From assembly GCA_965228855.1 (NCBI GenBank), contig CBDDIJ010000003.1:608001-672000 (forward strand): DNA of 64,000 nt, in the 5' to 3' direction. The position numbers and the translations under genes are program-made. Source of the stretch: Candidatus Obscuribacterales bacterium. Lineage in GTDB: Bacteria; Cyanobacteriota; Vampirovibrionia; Obscuribacterales; Obscuribacteraceae. Below the pieces are notes generated by a model. It worked only from the letters and a program-made list of their open reading frames with translations. It ran no database searches and was not told the DNA's origin. Below are positions 40,666 through 50,108 of this stretch, piece by piece; position 1 is the first letter of the stretch; every line of letters begins with the position of its first letter.

Positions 40666-43416
40666 ATGGACGATAAGAAACTGAATCCGAGAAATCCGGT
40701 GGTATTGGAGTTCACCTCTAAGCCGGCGGTTGAAGAATTTGGACTTCAGTCCGCAGGGGAAGTGCTGGAGCGGTTTCAATCAAACATGCGGCAAGGTTTG
40801 TCGCAAGATTCCGCCGAAAAGTTGCTTGGTAAGTTTGGTCCCAACGAGATTAGTTTCAAGCGATCTGAAAGTCCGCTGGTTCTGCTTTTTCGGCAGTTCA
40901 ACTCTAGTGTAGTAATACTCTTACTGGTAGCTGCCGGGATATCTTTTGCCACTCGCGATCACCTTCAAGCCGTTGGAATATTAGTGGCAGTCGTGATCAA
41001 TGCTGGTGTCGGTTTTGCCACCGAATTAAAAGCACAATTTTCTTTAGCTGCTTTGAGGGATATAGCGGCTGCGACAGCGCGAGTTGTCCGATCTGGACAT
41101 CATAAATTGGTGCCCGCTTCTGAACTTGTCGCCGGTGACATCGTTGTGTTGGAACCTGGGTCGCGAATTCCTGCGGATGTGCGTTTCGTTGAGGCCGCAG
41201 CTCTCAAAGTTGACGAATCGATCCTTACCGGAGAGAGTCTTCCTGTTGAGAAGTCCGCCGAGTATGTCGACGGAGAGGCGATCTCCTGCACTCTCGGTTT
41301 TCACGGGACGCATGTTCTCAACGGTCGCGCTAGAGCGCTCGTGGTCAAGACGGGTAGAGATACCAGTCTCGGCAAGTTGCAGTGTTCTTTGATGGAGGGG
41401 CATTCCGTTCCGACTCCACTGGAGGTCAAACTGGATGAGCTTGGTAAGCAACTTTCGATTTTAACGGTTGTCGTTTGCGTCGTTATCGGAATTGCCGGTT
41501 TATTGATCCAGATCGATTTATGGTCGATGCTGGAAACAAGCATCGCACTGGCAGTGGCCGCAATCCCGGAAGGATTGCCAGTGGTGGCAACTCTTGCGCT
41601 CGCGATTGGTACGCAGCGAATGGTCAAAGCCGGTGTTTTGATTCGACAGCTTGCGGCTGTAGAAACTCTTGGCTGCACGACCGTAATATGTACTGATAAG
41701 ACTGGAACTCTGACCGAAAACAAGCTCTTAGTTACCGACATCTTCATCGATAACCGTGAAATCAAAGTCACAGGATCTGGTTATTCTCCGGAAGGACTTA
41801 TCACCGAATCTGGTGTCACGATTTCAGAAGATGAACTTTTGAATGCCTTGCTTACGGCCTCGGCGCTCTGCAATGATGCGAGACTGGAGCAAAGCGAGGA
41901 CTCGGGCAGTTGGAGCATCGCGGGCGATCCTACCGAAGGAGCGCTGCTTGTTGCTGCCGCTAAGTTTGGACTTGATCAAAGGCAGCTGAGGTTGAGCTAT
42001 CCCCGAGCGGCGGAAAGACCGTTCGACCTGGTGCGAAAAAAAATGGCAACTGTTCATCATGTTGGCGGCGATCGATATGTTGTTTTCGTCAAAGGTTCTC
42101 CGGAGCGAATGATCGAAGACTCTGAGCGCTTGAACAAAGCAAGCGGCGTCGAGGTTTTCGACAGGGAAACAAAACGTCAGTATTTAGAGCGAAATACTGA
42201 ATATGCGCGCCAAGGATTGCGCGTACTCGGCATCGCGAGGAAGGAAATTAATGGAAACATTGAAGGCGTCGATTTGGAGTCCGACCTTGTCTTTCTTGGT
42301 CTCATCTGTATGCGAGACCTGCCACGAGAGGGCGTATCTCAAGCGATCTCCGAGTGCAAGGACGCCGGTATAAAAGTGATAATGTTGACAGGCGATCAAG
42401 TCGATACCGCCATCAGTGTGGCACGCGATTTAGGTATCGAGCATGGTGCGGAGGCGCTGACTGGCGATACCCTGAAGAGTTTACCCAAGACTGAGTGGGC
42501 TGGAGCGTTGGCTAAGACAGGTGTTTTGGCTCGGGTTACGCCTGACGTTAAACTGGATGTGGTCAAGGCTCTGCAAGCGCAAGGAGCAATTGTGGCGATG
42601 ACCGGGGACGGAGTCAACGACGCTCCTGCTCTTCAACAAGCAAACATTGGAGTGGCAATGGGGCTTTCCGGCACGGACTTAGCGAAGGAAGCCTCTAATA
42701 TGGTGATTACCGACGATAATTTCTCAACCATCGTCAAAGCCATAGAACAGGGGAGAATCATTTATGACAACATTCGCAAAGCCATCTGTTATTTGCTTAC
42801 AGCGTCTGTTGCGTCAGTCATCACTATTGGCTTAGTTTTGTTCACAACCGGGTCGCTCGCCCTGAATCCTCTCCAATTGTTATGGTTGAACTTAATCATG
42901 CACGTATTTCCGGGATTGGGGATCGTTTTGCAGAAGGCTGCTCCCGGCACCATGCAGCGTCCTCCCAGAGATCCGGCAGATAAGCTTGTGGGTTCGTTCG
43001 AACTGTCTGAAATCGTTGGACGTGCTTCTATGGTATCGCTGGCGGTATTGGTGTCAGTGCTCGGTTTGAAAACATCGGCAGCGAGTGTGCTTTCTACTGC
43101 AGCTTTCGCAACGGTATCGCTCGCGCTTTTGTATCAAGCCTGGAACTGGCTATATATCACTGCTGATGCACGGCCCGAATTCTCCCCGATTAACCAGCTC
43201 ATGTACGCGATGATGGCGCTATCGTATGGCCTGGTTTTTGCTGCAATTTATGCTCCACCGCTTCAAGCTGTTCTGAACACGGTTTCGCTGGATGGTCCGA
43301 CGCTCTGGTTTACCCTACAGACATCTACCGCTTCTATACTTGCTTCCCTAGCGTTCTCGATACTCCATTCATTAGTGCGGCGCAGAATGGTTGCGAAGTC
43401 AAAGTCGGTTGCGTGA
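40666..43416 (+). CDS. P2A-like cation-transporting P-type ATPase with non-canonical ion site
   Basis: TGES, IPEGLP, DKTGTLT, KGSPE, MTGDGVNDAPAL. Confidence 0.92.
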   Translation: MDDKKLNPRNPVVLEFTSKPAVEEFGLQSAGEVLERFQSNMRQGLSQDSAEKLLGKFGPNEISFKRSESPLVLLFRQFNSSVVILLLVAAGISFATRDHLQAVGILVAVVINAGVGFATELKAQFSLAALRDIAAATARVVRSGHHKLVPASELVAGDIVVLEPGSRIPADVRFVEAAALKVDESILTGESLPVEKSAEYVDGEAISCTLGFHGTHVLNGRARALVVKTGRDTSLGKLQCSLMEGHSVPTPLEVKLDELGKQLSILTVVVCVVIGIAGLLIQIDLWSMLETSIALAVAAIPEGLPVVATLALAIGTQRMVKAGVLIRQLAAVETLGCTTVICTDKTGTLTENKLLVTDIFIDNREIKVTGSGYSPEGLITESGVTISEDELLNALLTASALCNDARLEQSEDSGSWSIAGDPTEGALLVAAAKFGLDQRQLRLSYPRAAERPFDLVRKKMATVHHVGGDRYVVFVKGSPERMIEDSERLNKASGVEVFDRETKRQYLERNTEYARQGLRVLGIARKEINGNIEGVDLESDLVFLGLICMRDLPREGVSQAISECKDAGIKVIMLTGDQVDTAISVARDLGIEHGAEALTGDTLKSLPKTEWAGALAKTGVLARVTPDVKLDVVKALQAQGAIVAMTGDGVNDAPALQQANIGVAMGLSGTDLAKEASNMVITDDNFSTIVKAIEQGRIIYDNIRKAICYLLTASVASVITIGLVLFTTGSLALNPLQLLWLNLIMHVFPGLGIVLQKAAPGTMQRPPRDPADKLVGSFELSEIVGRASMVSLAVLVSVLGLKTSAASVLSTAAFATVSLALLYQAWNWLYITADARPEFSPINQLMYAMMALSYGLVFAAIYAPPLQAVLNTVSLDGPTLWFTLQTSTASILASLAFSILHSLVRRRMVAKSKSVA

Positions 43417-43471
43417 CCTCAACGGATATGTAACCGTCACCAATAGAAGCGAATTTAGCGACCAGTCACGA

Positions 43472-43717
43472 TTATCGGTTTTGATTCCAGGGCAGCTTGC
43501 CGATCAGCATTCCGAGGGCGCAGCTATTAGTTAAGCCGGAGAGAATCATGCCTAGCGCCGCCACTATAGAGATCCAGATGAAGGGCGGAAAAACTACGTA
43601 AGCCAGGGCAATGCCAATCAAGACCAGAGAGCCGGCTGCTATTCTAACTTGTCTCTCTATCGATGGTACTCGTGTGCCGTCATTGTAAGTTTCACAATTA
43701 TCTTTCTGAGTATTCAT
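43472..43717 (-). CDS. DUF2892 / YgaP-like membrane protein
   Basis: ERQVRIAAG.L...G...C.....L.KLPWN. Confidence 0.8.
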   Translation of the reverse strand: MNTQKDNCETYNDGTRVPSIERQVRIAAGSLVLIGIALAYVVFPPFIWISIVAALGMILSGLTNSCALGMLIGKLPWNQNR

Positions 43718-43774
43718 GAGCGTCTCCGATTTTTCTCGAGCTGTACTTCTAATCGTTTATATCGTGCCTCTGAA

Positions 43775-44701
43775 CTATGTGGTTTGCCCGGCACCAACCT
43801 CTTCTTTGAAGTCTTCGATATGCACTGTCACATCTACAACTCCTTCTATTTTTTCAATCAAGACCTTCTCTACCTCTGAGGCAATCGCATGACCGGCGGC
43901 GACCGAAAGGTAGGGCGATACTTCGACGTGCAGATCGATGAACATATGGTCTGAAGCCCCTCTGCTCCTGATTGCGTGGCAAGCTATCACTCCTGGAACC
44001 GCCAGGACTAATTTCTCCACTGCAGCCGAATCGATGACGACAGCGTCGACTAAACTGCCAAGATTACGACTGATGATCGTGAAGCCTGCGTGGACGATGA
44101 CTCCGACAATCACAACTGAAGCGAGCAGGTCCATCCAGTAGAGGTTGAAACGGGCCGCGACCACCGCAGCAAGAACGCTGAATGAGACATAAATGTCGGA
44201 CATTGTATGCTCGGAATCGGCATGCAACAGCTGTGAATTCAATTCCTTGGACTTGATCTTTTCATACCTGCTGACGAGGAAGTTGATGAAAATTGTGGCT
44301 CCTATCACCACATACGATACCGATGTCACATGAGGAACTGCAGCTCCGAATAAACAACGGTCGATCGCGGTTGTGATTATGTGGAGACCGGCAAAGAAAA
44401 GCAGAAAGGAAATGCAAACTGAAGCAAGCGCCTCGAATTTTCGGTGTCCGTAAGGATGACCGTTATCGGCCGGCTTGATTGCTACGCTCAGCGCTATGAT
44501 GCCGACTATATTGGACGATGCATCGAGGAGCGAATGGAAGCCGTCTGCGGTCATGCTCAGAATGTTGGAGGATGCGCCGCAAATTAGTTTTGCAATTGCG
44601 ACAATCAGATTGAGACCGAGCGTTTGAATAAATACTCGCCGAGCGGCCCGCATATTGCTTGACTGATCGCAGCGTTCGTTCTGTACAGTATCGCAAGACA
44701 T
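43775..44701 (-). CDS. Cation diffusion facilitator (FieF-like)
   Basis: ADGFHSLLD, HPYGHRKFE, ADSEHTMSD, C-terminal DLHVEV..GH...VHIE. Confidence 0.9.
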   Translation of the reverse strand: MSCDTVQNERCDQSSNMRAARRVFIQTLGLNLIVAIAKLICGASSNILSMTADGFHSLLDASSNIVGIIALSVAIKPADNGHPYGHRKFEALASVCISFLLFFAGLHIITTAIDRCLFGAAVPHVTSVSYVVIGATIFINFLVSRYEKIKSKELNSQLLHADSEHTMSDIYVSFSVLAAVVAARFNLYWMDLLASVVIVGVIVHAGFTIISRNLGSLVDAVVIDSAAVEKLVLAVPGVIACHAIRSRGASDHMFIDLHVEVSPYLSVAAGHAIASEVEKVLIEKIEGVVDVTVHIEDFKEEVGAGQTT

Positions 44702-44869
44702 TTATCATACCCAGGTGATAACTATAAAAATTCTGACAGCCTTGTTATGTTAGGGCATCAGCTAAAATACTGAAACTCGATTGGCCGAACGATTGATGTA
44801 GTTTTCGATTTTCAATTTAGAATGGTCTTAAGCGCGAGCGGAATCTTTACACTGGGGAGATGCAATTGA

Positions 44870-45631
44870 ATGAAGACGGCAAAAATTCTGGTTCTCAGTC
44901 TCGTTTCGGGACTTCTGGTGACCAGTATGACCCTGGAAGTATTGGCCAGTTCTACATCCAGTAAGGTCGTTAAGCCAAAAATATACAAACCGAAGCCACA
45001 AAGTCCACTTGCTGCTAAGGGCAAAGAATTCTTCGAGAAAAACAATTGCGCGGTTTGCCACACAATTTCTGGTGATGGTGGATGCCTGGCGCCGCCTCTC
45101 GATGGCATTGGTAGTCGACGCTCTCAGAAATTTATCAAGATTAGAATTACCAGTGGCTCGTCGCAAGAGACTAAATTTGCTGAACTCTATGGAAAAACAG
45201 AGCTCATGCCTCACGTCCGAGTTCCAGCTGCGACAGCTGAGGCGATTTCTCAATATCTCCTTACCTTAAAGGAGCCCGAGCGTGGCTTCAAAATAATCGG
45301 TCACGAGGACAAATCCGATAGTTCCATCTCTCCTCCCGCGCAGGGTAGCGTTGATGATAAATCCGTAGCTAGAGGACGAGCACTGCTTAGCAGCAAAGGC
45401 TGTCTGGCCTGTCACTCGTTCGGTAATCTCGGTGGAACATTTGCAGTTAAGTTTGATGGTGTGGGAAGTCGGCTGACCGTCGATGCCATCAAAAAGCAAT
45501 TGACTAATGCTCAGCTGCTGACTTTGGAGAACGACACCGAGTATGGCGCTCGCGGGACTACAATGCCGCCTCTTGACCTGACGGATGATGAAATTGCGGA
45601 CCTGACGGCGTATCTAGCCTCTTTAAAATAA
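44870..45631 (+). CDS. Exported diheme cytochrome c (paralog of 37813-38562)
   Basis: Signal peptide, CAVCH..PPLDGI..MPHV, CLACH..DGVG.RL..MPP. Confidence 0.85.
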   Translation: MKTAKILVLSLVSGLLVTSMTLEVLASSTSSKVVKPKIYKPKPQSPLAAKGKEFFEKNNCAVCHTISGDGGCLAPPLDGIGSRRSQKFIKIRITSGSSQETKFAELYGKTELMPHVRVPAATAEAISQYLLTLKEPERGFKIIGHEDKSDSSISPPAQGSVDDKSVARGRALLSSKGCLACHSFGNLGGTFAVKFDGVGSRLTVDAIKKQLTNAQLLTLENDTEYGARGTTMPPLDLTDDEIADLTAYLASLK

Positions 45632-45712
45632 GCGCCGCAAATAGTCCGACGGATTGATGCCAACACGCCTCGACTGTAGCAGGATTGAATGCATGCGGAG
45701 GAGGTCTTCAAC

Positions 45713-46663
45713 ATGCATAAATTATCCATACTTTTAGGACTGACCGGTTCTGAACAGTCTAAATACGCCGCGGAAGTGGCGTGGTCAATTGCAAAAGACA
45801 ACGATGGTCGTGTGACAGCGATGCACGTTGTCGATACAAGAATGGCTTGGGAACTGCTGCGAAACGATCGCCCGGGATTCGTCGGAAGTGGTGTATATGT
45901 CGAGGCGTTCGAACAATTGTCCAGTTCACTGGAGCGCATCGGACAAACTGTAATCGAAAAGTTTGAGGCTGTTGCGGCCGGGCAAGAGGTTCCAACTAAA
46001 ACCATTCTGGCTCAGGGAAGCCCGGTCAGTAGAATGTCAGAGCGAGCCGGAGAGTTCGATCTCGTCGTGATCGGACACCAGGCGCGCGACCCCCGCTGTA
46101 AGGAAGCGGAACATTGCAATTTCATTCGGTACGCTGTTGCCGAAGGGTTGGCTCATGACTGTCCGCGTCCGCTATTGGTAGTACAAGACAAAGTGTATCG
46201 CTGGTCATCGATGTCTATACTGGTCTCGGTCGATCACATCAACTTTAGCTACATTGCCGCATGTCGGAAGATGGCTGATACGCTCGGGCTTCAAACCAAG
46301 CTGGTGATTCTTGCTAGTGGAGAACGAGAGGCTTCACCTGTTGCGATTCTAAATGACCTTCGGTCCTCGCATACTGAGCTCACCGATGTGGATATTTCTG
46401 TGGAATTTGTTCAAGGAATTGCGATGGAAAAGCATTCAAGCCCCTGGCGACATGAACCCATCGACCTTGAATGGACTCCCGATCCAGAGACTCTGCTTGT
46501 CATTCCAACCAGGAAAACCGGCGGTCACCGCATCACCGTATTTGATACCACCCCGGATGCATTCGTGCGGTGTCTTGGTCTTCCGACCATAATGATGTGG
46601 CCGGAAGAGCACACTGAGTTCGATGTGAAGATGCCGGAAGAAAGAGCCGCAGCAGCAAGATAG
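45713..46663 (+). CDS. Universal stress protein, two-domain, divergent
   Basis: SILLGLTGSE.S..A, V.AMHVVD, DLVVIGH, CPRPLLVV; GGAGGAGG RBS before ATG 45713. Confidence 0.8.
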   Translation: MHKLSILLGLTGSEQSKYAAEVAWSIAKDNDGRVTAMHVVDTRMAWELLRNDRPGFVGSGVYVEAFEQLSSSLERIGQTVIEKFEAVAAGQEVPTKTILAQGSPVSRMSERAGEFDLVVIGHQARDPRCKEAEHCNFIRYAVAEGLAHDCPRPLLVVQDKVYRWSSMSILVSVDHINFSYIAACRKMADTLGLQTKLVILASGEREASPVAILNDLRSSHTELTDVDISVEFVQGIAMEKHSSPWRHEPIDLEWTPDPETLLVIPTRKTGGHRITVFDTTPDAFVRCLGLPTIMMWPEEHTEFDVKMPEERAAAAR

Positions 46664-46682
46664 CAGGCTCGAAGGTTTCCCC

Positions 46683-46702
46683 AATCATCCCAAGGGACGA
46701 TG
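46683..46702. promoter_or_regulatory. Island palindrome
   Basis: AATCATCC-CAAG-GGACGATG upstream of gpmA. Confidence 0.6.
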
Positions 46703-46966
46703 AAACGCGTCTGCGCGTTGGCTATCATGTAATCACGGTGAATGGATGGAGTTTGACGCCACCAGGAGCCGAGGGGATGGTTCGAATGAATCGATACGCC
46801 GATTGCTTAAGAACGAAACCCGCCCGATGCGCATGCTAGCCACCGTTTCGGGAAGCTCACGCAGAGCACCAACAGGCACCACTTTCCAGGAGTGGTGTTT
46901 GTTGTTTCAGGAGCTACGTAGTTGCCACTGAATATGGTGTCGCTGGTATGAAAAATGGAGTACGAG

Positions 46967-47626
46967 ATGGCTAAGCTGATACTCTTGAGACATGGTCAGT
47001 CGCAGTGGAACCTGGAAAACCGCTTCACCGGCTCAGTCGATGTGTGCCTGTCGGCTATGGGGCTGGATGAGGCTGTCCGTGCCGGCGAAATTCTCAAAAC
47101 GATCCCGATAGATTTGATATTTACGTCCACCATGAAGCGGGCTATTGAGACTGCGGACATCGTAACGCGCTCCCGCAGTGGTTGTGAACCGGTATCAGTG
47201 AAGCGGAACAGCGCGTTAAACGAACGGAGCTATGGCGATTTGCAGGGAATGAACAAGGCTGAGGCCGCAAAGCTTTTCGGCGCGGACCAGGTGAAGCTCT
47301 GGCGGCGTTCGTATGACGTCCGACCTCCGAATGGCGAGAGTTTGAGCGACACTGCTAATCGCACGATACCGTATATGGTGAGAGAAATTATGCCGGAAGT
47401 CAAGGCTGGCAGAAACGTCTTGGTTGTCGCGCACGGTAATAGTCTGAGATCGATCTACATGTTCCTCGATGGATTGAGTCGTGAGCAAGTGCTCGAATTG
47501 AATATTCCGACCGGAGTTCCTAAGGTCTATGAAATCGACAGTCAGGGGGCAATAACTTCCAGCTACTATCTCGAACCTCGACAATCAGATTCCGGGAATG
47601 GCGCGGTCAGCCGGCGAGTTAGTTAG
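46967..47626 (+). CDS. gpmA: 2,3-bisphosphoglycerate-dependent phosphoglycerate mutase
   Basis: LLRHGQS.WN..NRFTG, LNER.YG.LQG, WRRSYD, AHGNSLR, IPTG.P. Confidence 0.93.
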   Translation: MAKLILLRHGQSQWNLENRFTGSVDVCLSAMGLDEAVRAGEILKTIPIDLIFTSTMKRAIETADIVTRSRSGCEPVSVKRNSALNERSYGDLQGMNKAEAAKLFGADQVKLWRRSYDVRPPNGESLSDTANRTIPYMVREIMPEVKAGRNVLVVAHGNSLRSIYMFLDGLSREQVLELNIPTGVPKVYEIDSQGAITSSYYLEPRQSDSGNGAVSRRVS

Positions 47627-47671
47627 CCAGGGGGAACTCGAGCTTAGAGTTTGCAGTTTAGCAAATATAGA

Positions 47672-48064
47672 TTATTCGAGCCGGCAGAGCTTCTTTCCAT
47701 CGCTGGTTAGCGCGGAAATTATTAAAATGACAATTCCGCCCAGGATTGCTGGCGTCCAGCCCACAATCGTCAGATAGTCAGGTAGCAATGTGGCCGTCAT
47801 TTTCAATACGACGGCAGGAAGAAACCAGAATCCAATCAGCCAAATTGGGATGAGAAAAAGCAGTGCTGTTCCAAACGAGGTGATCGTTAGAAACACCGAT
47901 AATGCGATTGCGAGAAACTCGACCAGCCAGGTTAAAAGCGAGAAAAATATACCTGCTCCGATCGCGTGCAGGAAGTTTCCATGCAGTTGAAAACCGGGAA
48001 GCATAGGCAGTAAAAAGTAAAAGGCGCATGCCGTTAGAAGCAAGCGCGTGAGGAACGTCTTCAT
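47672..48064 (-). CDS. 4-TM membrane protein, YvlD/'phage holin family 4'-like
   Basis: LPGF.L.G.F..A..A, L.ITSFG, A.LLP.....GW..AILG pattern. Confidence 0.7.
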   Translation of the reverse strand: MKTFLTRLLLTACAFYFLLPMLPGFQLHGNFLHAIGAGIFFSLLTWLVEFLAIALSVFLTITSFGTALLFLIPIWLIGFWFLPAVVLKMTATLLPDYLTIVGWTPAILGGIVILIISALTSDGKKLCRLE

Positions 48065-48393
48065 TGAGTGTTCTCCCTGGGCTGAATTTGGTGCTCTCCA
48101 TCGGCGGCGTCGGAATTCAAGTCGTAGATTCTCAGTTGCGCCAGCTTGCGCTCCAGGTCTCGAATCTCTTCTTGCTTGCCTTCTTGACTCTGATACAGGT
48201 CGATAAGGCTTTCGACTATTTCGCGCATGGCGTACTCGACTACAATCATTTGTTGCTCGACATTTTTTAGACTTGTCTTCAGAAGGCGTTCTGCCTGTCT
48301 CAGGTCTCCCTTTTGACTGGCTCTCTTGCTGGCATCGATGAATGCGTTAAAACCGTCTCTGTTGCCGCTCATTTCATATACTCGACTGAACAT
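48061..48393 (-). CDS. Small TPR-like hypothetical protein; start uncertain
   Basis: Helical A..GD..QAE.LL...L..LY..QEGK pattern; ATGA overlap with the next gene. Confidence 0.55.
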   Translation of the reverse strand: MFSRVYEMSGNRDGFNAFIDASKRASQKGDLRQAERLLKTSLKNVEQQMIVVEYAMREIVESLIDLYQSQEGKQEEIRDLERKLAQLRIYDLNSDAADGEHQIQPRENTQ

Positions 48394-48584
48394 ACTGTTA
48401 ATACCGGGTGTCTTAGTAATTGCGAGCTAGCAAGCTCCATTTACCTCTTCATTATTGGAGAGATGACCTTTCTGCGCATCAGTAGAATTGTTGATTGTGA
48501 TGAGTATATGAGCGTTTTCCGAACTAGTCCTGGGGAATGACTTCCCAAGACCTCAACGAGATTTTCCTGGAAAATGGCATCGCA

Positions 48585-48604
48585 AATCATCCGAGAGGAT
48601 GATG
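48585..48604. promoter_or_regulatory. Island palindrome
   Basis: AATCATCC-GAGA-GGATGATG in a divergent intergenic region. Confidence 0.65.
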
Positions 48605-48694
48605 CCTCAATGTCAGTTTTTCAATACTCTGATATGAGTGGCATTCTGGAGCCGCTTAATTGTGTGCGATTAAAACTGGAAACCTCTTAGCAAG

Positions 48695-49084
48695 ATGGAA
48701 CTACGATTTCCGAAGGCGCGACTTTTCGCTTACGACAGAATACTGCAGGGACAGCCTTGTAGTTCTGTGCTGGTCAACGCCATCGTCGATGCGGGACTTA
48801 TCTCTGAGGATTCATTAAAGACGGTAAGCGGCGAAGCCTGCTGTAAGGGACGTTGTCAGTCCGTATCTGCTGCGAAGGGCATCATAGAAGCCTATATGAT
48901 CGAAAGGCATCAACCGCCGGAGGCTTCGCGATTGGCGCGCACTGCTTTCAAGCACCTCAAGACTGAGTGGAAAGGCTGGCTGACCAGACGGGAAGAGACT
49001 CTATCTGCGCAGCAAATCGATGAATGTCGAGAGAATGCACCGGTCGTCCTCGATCTCTTGCTTCAGCAGTTGATGAAACACTAA
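48695..49084 (+). CDS. Hypothetical protein with Cys cluster (CCKGRC)
   Basis: 129-aa ORF downstream of a palindrome site. Confidence 0.5.
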   Translation: MELRFPKARLFAYDRILQGQPCSSVLVNAIVDAGLISEDSLKTVSGEACCKGRCQSVSAAKGIIEAYMIERHQPPEASRLARTAFKHLKTEWKGWLTRREETLSAQQIDECRENAPVVLDLLLQQLMKH

Positions 49085-49327
49085 CTTCGATGGGGCGGCG
49101 CCGACAGGACAAGTCGGCTGTTCAAACTCGAAAAGTCTGTTAGTCGTTGCTCCGTTATCTTGCATTTGTTGTGCAATCTCGTACAGAAAGCTAAGCATGC
49201 GGATCGCATCGTAATCCTGCCACCATATGCGGTTTCTTGAAAATTGTTCCATAAGGTTTTACTCCTTGTACGAAACACTCCTCACTAGCCATCATGCACG
49301 GCACGAAGCGCCGACAACTCTTTGCAA

Positions 49328-49347
49328 AGTCGTCCACGAGGATGACT
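49328..49347. promoter_or_regulatory. Island palindrome
   Basis: AGTCGTCC-ACGA-GGATGACT, 88 nt upstream of the HdrA-N-like gene. Confidence 0.65.
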
Positions 49348-49435
49348 CCAAATAATCCCTGGTGCGTATGCGAAAGAGCGCTCTCGTGTGTTGGAATAGT
49401 CAGAGCTCAACGTCAAGCAAAAACAGGAGGCGGGC

Positions 49436-49870
49436 ATGAAGATCAAAGTGATACTTTGTAACTGCAAGGGATTGTGTCCATCCTTCAAAGATATCGATAT
49501 GAATAAGCTACCTTTCGAGTGTGAGTCCGAACTCGACATTGAATTTGTCACTCTCAGCCCGCAGACATGTGGTGCGGGCGGCAATAAGGTGCTCCTGGAT
49601 CTGATGAAGAACGCGGATGCCGATACCTATATACTGTCCGGCGCCTGCGCTCCGGAAGCCCAAAAGAAGTTGTTCAGGCGCGTAATTCGCGAATCCGGCT
49701 TCGACCCGAAACACTTCATTGCGGTGGATATCCGCGAGACCAACAATGATGGAGCGCTCCTAAGACTCAAGGACACGACCGAATTTGTCCAGGAAAAGGG
49801 TGCATGTCCTTGTGAATTCGCCGCCGGACCGTGCCCGGAAGAAATACCGATTGAATTCGAACATCGCTAA
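49436..49870 (+). CDS. Stand-alone HdrA N-terminal-domain-like Fe-S protein
   Basis: V.LCNC...ID, C..GG, GAC.P....LFR..I.E.G......DIRE matches the HdrA N-terminal pattern (VYVCHC, CS..GQ, AACSP, FR, NIRE); AGGAGG RBS. Confidence 0.65.
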   Translation: MKIKVILCNCKGLCPSFKDIDMNKLPFECESELDIEFVTLSPQTCGAGGNKVLLDLMKNADADTYILSGACAPEAQKKLFRRVIRESGFDPKHFIAVDIRETNNDGALLRLKDTTEFVQEKGACPCEFAAGPCPEEIPIEFEHR

Positions 49871-49912
49871 ACATAGAAACTTCCTGCGATTACAGGCAAG
49901 ATTCCGGGCGAC

Positions 49913-49948
49913 TTGACACCTCTAAAACATTTCGATAATATTGGAAAT
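49913..49948 (+). promoter_or_regulatory. Sigma70-type promoter with ArsR-type operator
   Basis: TTGACA (49913-49918), 17-nt spacer, TAATAT; imperfect palindrome ATTTCGATAATATTGGAAAT (49929-49948) over the -10. Confidence 0.6.
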
Positions 49949-50093
49949 ATAAAAACGAGCAAAGCAGACTCGGCTTTCTGCCTTGGCTCATTAATCACGT
50001 TTGGAAACAGGCTACTTGTGCGCAGGGACCCTTAGTCGGGCTGGCAGCGGCGAGCTTAGCAAGACTCTAGGTCTTCCGCCAGCAACAAATCTC
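49949..50093 (+). pseudogene. arsR: Decayed, truncated ArsR-family repressor
   Basis: Fragments across frames: (ATA)KTSKA.SA / SALAH*SRLE / RLLVR / GLAA / GELSKTLGLPPAT; start codon lost, internal stop, several frameshifts. Confidence 0.65.
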
Positions 50094-50108
50094 GAAGAGG
50101 GGCTGCAA

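Noticed and set aside
46746..46931. 61-aa ORF between the palindrome and gpmA
   Set aside because: No RBS or motif support
47672..48064. Prophage lysis gene
   Set aside because: YvlD-like membrane proteins are common in chromosomes; no endolysin or phage genes nearby
49001..49278. Two overlapping minus-strand ORFs (83 and 65 aa)
   Set aside because: No recognisable motifs; the one with an AAGGAG RBS overlaps the convergent gene by 84 nt; unresolved
50001..50108. N-terminal extension of ArsC
   Set aside because: Better explained as an arsR remnant; an RBS precedes TTG 50109
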